IMG/VR virus record: IMGVR_UViG_3300042905_003268
Coordinates: 39,780 to 103,779 of that record
Length of the DNA: 64,000 bases
Reading direction: 5' to 3' (one strand)
Source: a virus
Shown: piece after piece, positions 50,380 through 59,053 of the stretch
How the letters are laid out: each line of letters starts with the position of its first letter
How positions within the stretch are numbered: the first letter of the stretch is position 1
The notes under the pieces: model-generated
What the model was told of the DNA's origin: nothing
Database searches by the model: none
Seen by the model: only the letters and a program-made list of their open reading frames with translations
Program-made: the position numbers and the translations under genes

Positions 50380-51018
50380 TTAATCAACTATGCTTGTAAT
50401 GGTTCTATCAGAAACATTACCTTTTTTACCAAAAAATAGAACTAGGGTGTCTCTAAGTCCCATCTCCACTAAGTTTACGCTATGCGGATATAAGTGATCA
50501 CCCTTAAATATTATAAGGTCACCACACTTAGGCTTTATAATTAAATCTTGTTTTGGAAATACTAACTCTCCTCCTAAATAGTCCACCCCATGGTCATTAA
50601 AATACAATAAGGCAGAATACTCTTGCTCCTCTGGTATTCCATCTGGTCTATTAGGCTTTCCATCTAGGGTTGTAGAGTCGGAGTGAAGACCATTATGCGC
50701 CCCTGGAGCCATAACATGGTAAGCAAACTGTACTAAATCTAACTGCTGTTGGAAAAAAACTTCTAGGTTATTTTTTATTTCTAATACTAACTTTGTTATT
50801 TTTATGCTTAAATCTTTGTCAGAGAATCCATTAACAAACTGAAGTGGATTTTCTTCACTCAGCATAGACGCCTCTTTTGAATTCTTAAAACCAACTTTAC
50901 TAGGAAATGTGTTAGCGTTGTATTCATTATTAGTAACAGTTTTTCTAAAGTAATTAGTTATATATTCAGCGTCTTCTCTAGAAATAAAATTATTTATAAT
51001 TTTTAACTGTTCAGTCAT
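50380..51018 (-). CDS. 2OG-Fe(II) oxygenase, P4H-like
   Basis: HSD...YFND...GGELVFP...HSV...R. Confidence 0.8.
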   Translation of the reverse strand: MTEQLKIINNFISREDAEYITNYFRKTVTNNEYNANTFPSKVGFKNSKEASMLSEENPLQFVNGFSDKDLSIKITKLVLEIKNNLEVFFQQQLDLVQFAYHVMAPGAHNGLHSDSTTLDGKPNRPDGIPEEQEYSALLYFNDHGVDYLGGELVFPKQDLIIKPKCGDLIIFKGDHLYPHSVNLVEMGLRDTLVLFFGKKGNVSDRTITSIVD

Positions 51019-52946
51019 GATATATCTACTATTTCACATCCAGTATCTGCGCTACAGGCAAGTTCTTGAGATCCCTTAGTGCCGTCTTCTGTTTCGTAAA
51101 ATACCATGTCAGACCAGCGAATATCCTTTGGCATCTTGGCAAGAAGTAGTTCGTACTCTTCCTTTGTAGCGTCTTGGTATGGAGCCTGCTTATAAGTGTG
51201 ATCAGAATATGGAAGGAATGAGATTCCAGACACTTCATCAAAATTTTTCCACACCCAGGCTCCCACATCCATCCATTCATCTTCTTTAACTGAAACAGTA
51301 ATAGATGGTTTATGCTCGCACCATGCACGCTGATAGGTTAGCCAAATATCTAAATGCTCTACTGCTGTAAGATCATTACGCAAAACCGCGTCTTTTGGTG
51401 CCTTGATTGGGAATGAGAATACTGTTGTATCGTTTGGCTTCATAACATCGTCTTCTGCTGGCACACCAGAATCAACAAGAAACTTTGTTAATGGATCTTT
51501 CTTGTCTCCGCGAACTGTACGAATGTAATAATCATTGTGCCATGGATGCATACCAGAAGAAACTCCTGTTAATTGAGAAACTGTTCCAGAAGGCTTAACA
51601 CATGTAATGGCAGCGGAAGGATTAATTCCTATAACTTTTGCCTCTTCTTGATTAACCTTTACGGCATGTTCTCTAAGATTATTTAATACCTGAGATAGTT
51701 TATCTAGACCTGATTGCCCTGACATTAATTTGTTTCCAAATTGTCCAGTTATTGAGACTCCAAGTAGTCTTTCTTCTTCAGTATTATCTTTCCATATCTT
51801 TCTAAGATACTTAAAATTAGTTAATGTTGACTGCCACGTTCCAAGGATTGTGGCTAGTTCTACTTTACGCATAAGAGTTTTTTCTGTGTCGTCCTCTCGC
51901 ACTACTACTTCTGACAGGTTGCAGAACTGGTACGGACGTAAAATAATTTCAGAACATGGGTTCGTTCCATATCTAATTTCTGGATCTCTGCGACCGTACT
52001 TTGCTGCCTGCCCCTGGGCGGCGGCTACGTTATAGATCCCTCGTTCTCCAGACTTGCTTTCATAAAGGTTCTTCCATTCTGACATAAAATCAGACATACT
52101 TGGACGACCAGAATAAGCAACAGAGTTATTTGAAAGAGCGCGTTGTGAATTGTATTCCCACCATGCGCCGTGCTTTGCACGCGCCATATCATGATCATTA
52201 AGATCAGAAAGTGAAATCATGGCGGATCTACGAACACCTCCTACTACAACAACCTCTCCAATTTTGCACATAATGTCATGTGCCTCTAAAGGTCTTAATC
52301 TTCTTCCTGATGCGCCCTTAATGATGTTTACACAGAAGTCAAATAATTGAACCAATGGTTCTGGTCCTGAGGCGCGTCCTCCGAAAGTTTTAAGTCTTGC
52401 TCCTGCTGGCCTAACCTTAGAGATATCCCATGTTGGAATCTGTCCCTGCCATAATAATGCAAGTAGTTCTCTTAAAGCCTTGGCCCATCCAGCCTTAGAA
52501 TCTTCAACAACAATTGTTGTGTTTGTTTTTTCAAAATGCTCGTTAACGGTGGGAAGTTTGTCTACATAGACGCTTTCTACAGAAAAGCCCACCCCTGTTC
52601 CACACATTAGAATATACATAGCCTCATCGAATGATCTAAGACTATCTACTGGAAGGAATGAACAGTTATATCCTGCAACATTGTCTCTTTCTAGGGCGGG
52701 TCCTGAGGTCATGATTGCTCGCATCGAAGGCATGATATTTCTATTAAATACTTCATCTCTTAATTCAGATACTAGTTGTTCTGATGGTTCGTAGCCACAC
52801 TCTTCCTTTAAATGTGTACGCATAAAAGTAAAGTATCTGTCTACTGTTTCACCCCACGCTTCTCTACGATTTTCATCAGAAAGCCATCTAGCATAACGGC
52901 TTAAAGCAATAAAGTTTTCATAGTGGTTATCAATACCTTGTGACAT
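51015..52946 (-). CDS. nrdJ: Class II (B12-dependent) ribonucleotide reductase
   Basis: YNCSF, TNPCSEI, CVKPSGT, C-terminal ACSADTGC; no beta-subunit gene nearby. Confidence 0.9.
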   Translation of the reverse strand: MSQGIDNHYENFIALSRYARWLSDENRREAWGETVDRYFTFMRTHLKEECGYEPSEQLVSELRDEVFNRNIMPSMRAIMTSGPALERDNVAGYNCSFLPVDSLRSFDEAMYILMCGTGVGFSVESVYVDKLPTVNEHFEKTNTTIVVEDSKAGWAKALRELLALLWQGQIPTWDISKVRPAGARLKTFGGRASGPEPLVQLFDFCVNIIKGASGRRLRPLEAHDIMCKIGEVVVVGGVRRSAMISLSDLNDHDMARAKHGAWWEYNSQRALSNNSVAYSGRPSMSDFMSEWKNLYESKSGERGIYNVAAAQGQAAKYGRRDPEIRYGTNPCSEIILRPYQFCNLSEVVVREDDTEKTLMRKVELATILGTWQSTLTNFKYLRKIWKDNTEEERLLGVSITGQFGNKLMSGQSGLDKLSQVLNNLREHAVKVNQEEAKVIGINPSAAITCVKPSGTVSQLTGVSSGMHPWHNDYYIRTVRGDKKDPLTKFLVDSGVPAEDDVMKPNDTTVFSFPIKAPKDAVLRNDLTAVEHLDIWLTYQRAWCEHKPSITVSVKEDEWMDVGAWVWKNFDEVSGISFLPYSDHTYKQAPYQDATKEEYELLLAKMPKDIRWSDMVFYETEDGTKGSQELACSADTGCEIVDIS

Positions 52947-53011
52947 TTGTTCTCCTTGACCCCATATCTGGGAAATAAATTTATATAATTACTATGGTAT
53001 CATTCTGGCGT

Positions 53012-54031
53012 TTATGAGGCGCGACTTTTAAGAATTTTTTTAATTCTTTCCGATGTTGCTTGTGTCACAATATCCCAATCATATTCCATATGAACCTTAA
53101 AAGAATTTTTGTAAGAAAGTTTTGAGTAGTTATCATAGTTATTAACTAGATCAGACATTGAACTAGTTAGATCTGATATATCTACACTATATATTTTCCC
53201 AGGATGTAGCATAGGATATTCACTATCAGTTAGTGTAGAATTTAATGGATTTGTTATGTACTCTTTATAATCTGCCCAGTCATATGTAGATATTGTTGGC
53301 ATACCTGTAGCAATCGCCTGGAGCGGCATAAACCCAAAGCCCTCTCCCATGGTAGGGTACACCATGGCATTTGACCTATGATATAAATGTATCATCTGTT
53401 CATGACTGAGGTAGTCATCGATTATTTTTATATTTTTATAGTTAGAGTCTGGACTTCCCAGTATTGAGCCGTCTGGTGCATATACTCTAGTTGTATTTAT
53501 TGAAGAGACTTTAAGTATTAATTGAAAAGAATCATCATTTCCGAACAACTGAGTAAAAGCATCTACAACAAGTTGCCCATTCTTTCTAACCTGAGGCTCT
53601 CCTATATGAAGGAATCTAAATACGTCAGATCTATTTCTTTTTAATGGAGACCAGTCCATGGTTATGCCGTGACTATAGACAAATATATCTTCTCGGCCCG
53701 TAGTATTTTTAAATATGTCTGCTGTCCATTGTGATGTAGCCCACAGTTCGTCAACAGATAACATTGGATCAATCCAGCCATCTTTTAATTCTGTAGATTC
53801 CCAGGCCGTGTATCCAATTCTGTATTGTCCTGGATAAAACTTATAGTCCGTTGGGAACCCCATAGATATTCCAATTGGACAATTGTCAGAATCTATTTCT
53901 GAAGAAATATTGGCTCTTTCAAAGGCGTTTATTATTTCATAAGAGGCATGTCCATAGCCCATAATATCATGATAGCCCTGTACCATTTTTTTCATATTTT
54001 CAGCAGCAGTAGTAAAAGAAACGTCACCCAT
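53012..54031 (-). CDS. Glycosyltransferase (GT-B, GT4-like)
   Basis: RKN...AF...EGFGFMPLQAIATGMP; start at the leaderless ATG 6 nt after TGCTATACT. Confidence 0.8.
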   Translation of the reverse strand: MGDVSFTTAAENMKKMVQGYHDIMGYGHASYEIINAFERANISSEIDSDNCPIGISMGFPTDYKFYPGQYRIGYTAWESTELKDGWIDPMLSVDELWATSQWTADIFKNTTGREDIFVYSHGITMDWSPLKRNRSDVFRFLHIGEPQVRKNGQLVVDAFTQLFGNDDSFQLILKVSSINTTRVYAPDGSILGSPDSNYKNIKIIDDYLSHEQMIHLYHRSNAMVYPTMGEGFGFMPLQAIATGMPTISTYDWADYKEYITNPLNSTLTDSEYPMLHPGKIYSVDISDLTSSMSDLVNNYDNYSKLSYKNSFKVHMEYDWDIVTQATSERIKKILKSRAS

Positions 54032-54145
54032 CGAAAAAGTATAGCATTGTATACTTAATGAGTCCATGTGGCGGGAATCACATAATAATATTCGCCATAT
54101 GCTAAGATCATATGTACAATTGCAATATATAAAGAAAGAAGCAAT

Positions 54146-54376
54146 ATGATTGATATAAGAATATTGAGTAAATATTATCAATATAGTTTAAAAGATAAAG
54201 TACTACCCATCAGGTGTAGTATAGATCCAGAACATCCTATTTTAATTCCTAATTTACAGATTGATGATGAGTGGAACGACATAGTTTATTTATATTGTAT
54301 TGATTGTAATTTTAAGTTATATCCTGGTACACAGTTGATTCAGAATATGGAAAAAGTGCTAGAAGAAAATGAATAA
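54146..54376 (+). CDS. Small Zn-binding hypothetical protein
   Basis: C.....H...CIDC. Confidence 0.55.
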   Translation: MIDIRILSKYYQYSLKDKVLPIRCSIDPEHPILIPNLQIDDEWNDIVYLYCIDCNFKLYPGTQLIQNMEKVLEENE

Positions 54377-54704
54377 CTTATCATTTCAGGAAAATAACTT
54401 CTCATTTCAGCAATTAGAAATACTTAGCAGCGTATTTGTTAGCAACAGTCATAGAGATAACTTTCTTCTTAATGTCGGAAAGGCTAACGCTACATCAGAA
54501 ATAGAATGTTTCAATAATTATTTTAATATTGATAAGTGTTTAAATTTTAAATCATGGACAGAGGATGATTTAGACAAATTTGATTCAGTAATTTCTAATT
54601 TAGTAATTAAAAGATGGGTGTGGCCTGTAACTTTAAGGGCTTTAAATGCTAGTATGGCTTTAAATGAAGAAAGAGTAGGAGTAACAGGATCTCATCTCCT
54701 GTAA
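54369..54704 (+). CDS. Hypothetical protein
   Basis: ORF track; overlaps its neighbours. Confidence 0.5.
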   Translation: MNNLSFQENNFSFQQLEILSSVFVSNSHRDNFLLNVGKANATSEIECFNNYFNIDKCLNFKSWTEDDLDKFDSVISNLVIKRWVWPVTLRALNASMALNEERVGVTGSHLL

Positions 54705-55414
54705 TGATTAAAATGAAAAAAATTGATGTTCTTAATGTTGGCTATGTTGGATTAGTTTCAACTATGGGAAATGATTTAGAAGTTGCTAATGCTGCTAGAG
54801 TTTCCTTTGATAAAAGAAGTGAATTAGATATGACTGGTCTTTTGAAAAGTAAAGATAAGAAACTAATTGACTTTCTTTGGAAAGAAGAACATACATCTCC
54901 CTTTAGGCATTGCGTTCTTTCTTTTGAAATTTACGCGCCACTTATGGTAGCACGCCAACATTGGAAGTATGCCGTTGCCTCCACATTCGTAGACGATCAG
55001 AACGGATGGAATGAGTCGTCACGCAGATACATCACAGAGGAACCCGCCTTCTATATCCCAACAGCGGAAGACTGGAGAAGTGCCCCTGAGAACTCTAAGC
55101 AGGGATCAGGAGAGCCAATTAATTACGGTCTAGGGATAGAACTCACGATGAGATTATTTAACACAATTGAGGCCGCAGAAAAGGAATACCAGAACGCCCT
55201 GGATATGGGTGTATGTGCAGAACAGGCTAGATTGTTCCTTCCTGCATATGGCATGTATGTGCGATACAGGTGGACAACATCACTTCATGGAGTTATGCAC
55301 TTCCTTCAGCAGAGATTAGCCCACGACGCACAGAAAGAAATAACAGATTATGCTCTTGCAATGAAGTCGCTCGCAGGAGAAGCATTTCCTTATTCATTGA
55401 GTCTTGTCACATGA
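54704..55414 (+). CDS. thyX: Flavin-dependent thymidylate synthase
   Basis: ANAARVSF...HTSPF...ARQ...NESSRRY...EQAR..LP...AQKEI. Confidence 0.9.
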   Translation: MIKMKKIDVLNVGYVGLVSTMGNDLEVANAARVSFDKRSELDMTGLLKSKDKKLIDFLWKEEHTSPFRHCVLSFEIYAPLMVARQHWKYAVASTFVDDQNGWNESSRRYITEEPAFYIPTAEDWRSAPENSKQGSGEPINYGLGIELTMRLFNTIEAAEKEYQNALDMGVCAEQARLFLPAYGMYVRYRWTTSLHGVMHFLQQRLAHDAQKEITDYALAMKSLAGEAFPYSLSLVT

Positions 55415-55578
55415 GAGCCTGGATTGAAAATGATGACGATATTACGCCATATGTCGAAATTGACATATACGAGGGCGGGGAAATGATAGAAGCAATAGGA
55501 TTTCAGATGAGGCCACTACCATGGCGTATAGAGTTTGATACAATAGATATTCTAGATGAGGAGCAAGACGATGACTGA
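55411..55578 (+). CDS. Small acidic hypothetical protein
   Basis: ATGA overlap with thyX. Confidence 0.5.
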   Translation: MRAWIENDDDITPYVEIDIYEGGEMIEAIGFQMRPLPWRIEFDTIDILDEEQDDD

Positions 55579-55762
55579 CGAGCAGTTTGAAATTGTTCAA
55601 GAGTTATTATCAGCAATATATATTCAATTAGCACGCAATTACGATATCTTGTGTATTAGTACAAGTAATCAAGAGAAGATGCTTGAAATGTACAATAGAC
55701 ACAAAGAAGGAAAGGTCTTTGCTCCCGCCCCCGCTTTGATTATGGATGAAGATGAGCAGTAA
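55571..55762 (+). CDS. Hypothetical protein
   Basis: GAGGAG RBS before MTDEQF. Confidence 0.55.
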   Translation: MTDEQFEIVQELLSAIYIQLARNYDILCISTSNQEKMLEMYNRHKEGKVFAPAPALIMDEDEQ

Positions 55763-55834
55763 CGATATTCAATTTCTTATTTTGATACTGCTTTGTGCAA
55801 CTTTACTCACTCTTGGTATGACTTGGAAAAAATA

Positions 55835-56191
55835 ATGACAAGAAATGAAAAACGAAATAGAGATCGTAAGATCAAATGGTCTATGTCTGGTCTTATTAAG
55901 AGATCTAGAGGATGTGAAAGTGAATCTTGCCCTCTTCCCCCCGATTTTTCATTTGAATCTGTCGATTTAGATTTTGACCACATAAATCCTAACCAAAAGA
56001 AAGGCAATGTATCAGATCTGATACGATCTGACTATGCATGGGACACTATCTACAAGGAGATAAGTAAATGTCGTGTGATATGTAAAATATGTCATGCGAG
56101 ACATTCCCGTGATACCCGCGCTTCCTATAATGAACATAGGACTCCAATTGATGATGAGCCTACTAGTATTTCTCATTTTCTTGGCATATAG
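55835..56191 (+). CDS. HNH endonuclease
   Basis: C....C...LDFDHINP..K...EISKCRVICKICH..H. Confidence 0.75.
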   Translation: MTRNEKRNRDRKIKWSMSGLIKRSRGCESESCPLPPDFSFESVDLDFDHINPNQKKGNVSDLIRSDYAWDTIYKEISKCRVICKICHARHSRDTRASYNEHRTPIDDEPTSISHFLGI

Positions 56192-56205
56192 GCACGATCT
56201 TGCCT

Positions 56206-56263
56206 AATACTGCATTATAGTGCAGTATTTTTTAGTTTTTACTGCATTGTAGTGCAGTAAAAC
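56206..56263. repeat. Tandem pair of palindromes TACTGCATTRTAGTGCAGTA
   Basis: Two near-identical inverted repeats seen directly; probable terminator or protein-binding site. Confidence 0.7.
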
Positions 56264-56631
56264 TTCTCATAAATGGAAGATATCTTATCATTTTTGATAA
56301 CTATACCATTTGCCGTTATAAAACTGTTATATTTTAATTTGATGAAAATGTTAATGGCTTGCTAATTTGGATGATACACTTTCTTGGTAGCGCAAAATCG
56401 GACAAATAGTGCGCCCATACATATTATGTCCGTGTCAAGTTATTTCGTGGAATATTTACCAAATCTTTACAATTGTATGCCCGTTTTGCCTGAATATTTT
56501 TCGTACGTTTTCGAACAATTGTTCGGTGATCTAGATCACACGATTCTTGATAGACATATCGGACAGTAAGCGTTTCCAATGTCAGACCCCCATGTCAGAC
56601 TAGATACATGAGCAAGAGAGAGGAGGTGACC

Positions 56632-56775
56632 ATGAGAATCACCAAGGCTACCGTCCGTAGCATCGTCAAGAATGCGCGATGCAACGACTGTGGAGAAAAG
56701 CACTACGCTGCAATGGCTATCGTCAATGACGATATCCTGTGCGCTAACTGTCATCAGGCTAAGGCTTTCGCCTGA
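56632..56775 (+). CDS. Small zinc-ribbon protein (47 aa)
   Basis: AGGAGG RBS; CNDC...CANC. Confidence 0.6.
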   Translation: MRITKATVRSIVKNARCNDCGEKHYAAMAIVNDDILCANCHQAKAFA

Positions 56776-56881
56776 CTGTCAGACCCTCATGGTAGGGTGT
56801 ACCTATAACTGAATATTCCTAGGCAAATAAGCCCCATGAGGGATGAGCCCTAGGCCACACCGTAAGAAAGAAAGGTAAGAA

Positions 56882-57142
56882 ATGATTAGCACTACTCCCA
56901 TCAGGACTCCTAAGAGTCCCGCACCCGCTTGCCGTTGCAGCGAGTGCATCCTTGATCCCTTCAACTCGCATGGGATCTACATGATCGGAGCCTACAAGGT
57001 TCCGTCAGTCCTTTCGCTCCGTGGTGGGCGAGTCACTAAGCCTCAGGTTGCATGGGAGTGCGTTAGCACCATCAGCCAGGGTCGAATGACTGAGGTGTTC
57101 CCCTTCGCTCAGTCTGATGAGGATCGGAGGTGGCTTATCTAA
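56882..57142 (+). CDS. Hypothetical protein
   Basis: GAAAGG RBS; CRCSEC. Confidence 0.55.
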   Translation: MISTTPIRTPKSPAPACRCSECILDPFNSHGIYMIGAYKVPSVLSLRGGRVTKPQVAWECVSTISQGRMTEVFPFAQSDEDRRWLI

Positions 57143-57312
57143 TGAACGCATCACCATACCGTGGCATTGCGCCACGACAGAGTACAGCGCAACGTGCGCG
57201 GCGTGCATTGGTTGCTCGCATTGGTCACGATGCTGCAGCACAACAGGATGCAGATCGCATCGACTACTACCGTGCGCTCATCGCGCAGGCCAAGGCCCAA
57301 AAAAGCCTTTAG
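57142..57312 (+). CDS. Hypothetical protein
   Basis: TAATG overlap; GGAGG RBS. Confidence 0.55.
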   Translation: MNASPYRGIAPRQSTAQRARRALVARIGHDAAAQQDADRIDYYRALIAQAKAQKSL

Positions 57313-57366
57313 ATATAAGGGTTTTTCAGACACCTAAAAAAGCCTTATAAAATAAGGGTTTTTGGA

Positions 57367-57413
57367 GCGCGGCTAAGATCTTGTCCGCGCCAGCGGACAT
57401 GTCAAGTTACGAC
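57367..57413. repeat. Composite element copy 1 (24-bp palindrome + GTCAAGTTACGAC)
   Basis: GCGCGGCTAAGATCTTGTCCGCGC. Confidence 0.9.
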
Positions 57414-57533
57414 ACATTAAAAACTCCTTGGAAAATTTCCTGGAAAAATTGTTTTTAAATTTTTTTGAAAATGTCCAATTTGTATGCATTCTGGATTTGA
57501 CCATTGTCAGTCCCCTAGTGTAGAGTCGGAGAC

Positions 57534-57650
57534 ATGAGAAAGACACCATGCACAGGGATTCATAAGTCCACTATCGCTTCCGGCCTCTCCTTCTGGTGCG
57601 CTGGTTGTGGAGAGTGGAACGTCGTCAACGGAAAGGCGGTCAGGGCATGA
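57534..57650 (+). CDS. 38-aa Cys-containing peptide (leaderless)
   Basis: ATG 7 nt after TAGAGT; ATGA overlap with the next gene. Confidence 0.5.
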   Translation: MRKTPCTGIHKSTIASGLSFWCAGCGEWNVVNGKAVRA

Positions 57651-57928
57651 TCGATTCAGTAGATCGTATCGTCACCACTCCAATGCGAGAGTGTCCTCCA
57701 TTTGTAGAGGGCATCCTTGGAGAGAATGACAGGGGCTTGCTCCATACTAGGTGGTTCATCATCGAACCGCTAGAGGATGACTGGTTCCTTGTGACCGACA
57801 CGCAGGGCAATGCCATGCAATCGCGTGGCTCTGCTATGGTAAAGTGGCTCAAGCCTGAAGACAAGAATGACCCTGTAATCCAAGCAGAACTGATCACAGG
57901 ACTGGCTTCTATGGGATTGGAATTCTAG
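57647..57928 (+). CDS. Hypothetical protein
   Basis: ORF track, start MIDSV. Confidence 0.55.
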   Translation: MIDSVDRIVTTPMRECPPFVEGILGENDRGLLHTRWFIIEPLEDDWFLVTDTQGNAMQSRGSAMVKWLKPEDKNDPVIQAELITGLASMGLEF

Positions 57929-58016
57929 TGTTCCGCAAATGCGCTAACTGTGGCAGGCTTCTACTGTCAGACACCCGTGGTAACTTTGGATCATGCACAT
58001 GCGAGAGGGAGGAATC

Positions 58017-58103
58017 ATGAGGACATTCGCACAGCATGTCTTGTCATTCGTCATCATTAGCGGTATCCTTACTGCTATGGCTATCGTAGGAGGAATGGAA
58101 TGA
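58017..58103 (+). CDS. 28-aa membrane peptide
   Basis: GGAGG RBS; single hydrophobic helix; ATGA overlap. Confidence 0.45.
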   Translation: MRTFAQHVLSFVIISGILTAMAIVGGME

Positions 58104-58375
58104 TTACCCGCGCAGAAACAGTCGGGAAGCACTATCTAGTCAATGCTCGCGCATCTATCTCGCATCCAATGGCCGATGAGGTTTCTATCGCCATGGGTTC
58201 GGGAGCCTATGCACGCTTCCCGCATTCTGTCGAACTTGCATTCTTCAAGAATGGGGATTGGGTAACTGAGCCTCTGCCAGAGTTGGCAGACTACTACTCG
58301 CATGAGGTCTACCCGTATGTTTCTCTGATCGAATTTGCAATGTTCATGGAGAACTTTGGGACGGGGGGAGAGTGA
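58100..58375 (+). CDS. Hypothetical protein
   Basis: AGGAGG RBS. Confidence 0.6.
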   Translation: MITRAETVGKHYLVNARASISHPMADEVSIAMGSGAYARFPHSVELAFFKNGDWVTEPLPELADYYSHEVYPYVSLIEFAMFMENFGTGGE

Positions 58376-58376
58376 C

Positions 58377-58565
58377 ATGTTTCGTCTATCCATCATAGAT
58401 AGCGAAAGTGGTTACACTTTCGAATGGAATGGTTCGCACACCGTAGAGATTCGTTCTGCTAGTGGTAAGGTATTCGATGTGTTTTCGTTTGGCATGACTG
58501 AAAAGGGAACGCGACCTACATTCGTAGAGTTTGCTGCGGCTGCTGAAAGGTGGTTGTCGGAATGA
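58377..58565 (+). CDS. Hypothetical protein
   Basis: MFRLSIIDSESG...; packed operon. Confidence 0.55.
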   Translation: MFRLSIIDSESGYTFEWNGSHTVEIRSASGKVFDVFSFGMTEKGTRPTFVEFAAAAERWLSE

Positions 58566-58756
58566 AAATAGCAGAACGCCGTCCATTCGATATCAATATG
58601 ACAATGCAATGGAATGACATACAGGAATTGCTCACACGATGCAAGCGCATGTGGGCATGTGCTGAGAATCCTGGCGACTTCGAAACTTTGGAAGAACTGG
58701 AGAAGGCTCTACACATTCTTGCGGAGAATATTCGAACTAGACTTGACAAATCTTAG
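58562..58756 (+). CDS. Hypothetical protein
   Basis: ATGA overlap. Confidence 0.55.
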   Translation: MKIAERRPFDINMTMQWNDIQELLTRCKRMWACAENPGDFETLEELEKALHILAENIRTRLDKS

Positions 58757-58757
58757 A

Positions 58758-58804
58758 GCGCGGACAAGATCTTAGCCGCGCCAGGAGCGGTGTCAAGTTA
58801 CGAC
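58758..58804. repeat. Composite element copy 2 (core is the exact reverse complement of copy 1)
   Basis: GCGCGGACAAGATCTTAGCCGCGC + GTCAAGTTACGAC. Confidence 0.9.
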
Positions 58805-58864
58805 GATAAGAAATTTTCCCTGGAATTTCTTGTCATTGTCGGAGGGGTATGCTAGGATTTTTCC

Positions 58865-59011
58865 ATGATCAAGAATCGCAAGCGCACCCGTGATGAAATT
58901 CAGCGTACCTTGGAATTGCGTCGGAGTAATATCGCGCAACCCCATCGGAATAAGGCTAAGTATTCTCGTAAGCCTAAGCATCGTGATCGTTTCGTTATCG
59001 AAAATGACTGA
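58865..59011 (+). CDS. 48-aa very basic peptide with ArfA-like tail
   Basis: Leaderless; PHRNKAKYSRKPKH. Confidence 0.55.
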   Translation: MIKNRKRTRDEIQRTLELRRSNIAQPHRNKAKYSRKPKHRDRFVIEND

Positions 59012-59053
59012 TTCCCTCTTCCCAATGTCGGACCCTAGTGCTAGGATCATTTC

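Noticed and set aside
51015-52946. Intein or intron in nrdJ
   Set aside because: Continuous 643-aa ORF of normal size with no Hint or homing motifs
53012-54181. ORF-track N-terminal extensions (GT from 54181, chaperone from 22839, whiB from 60846, oxygenase from 38469)
   Set aside because: Internal starts have better RBS or leaderless-promoter support and mostly avoid long overlaps
56805-56880. CCTAGG-bounded leader as a ribozyme or riboswitch
   Set aside because: Only a weak stem and no recognisable catalytic or aptamer core
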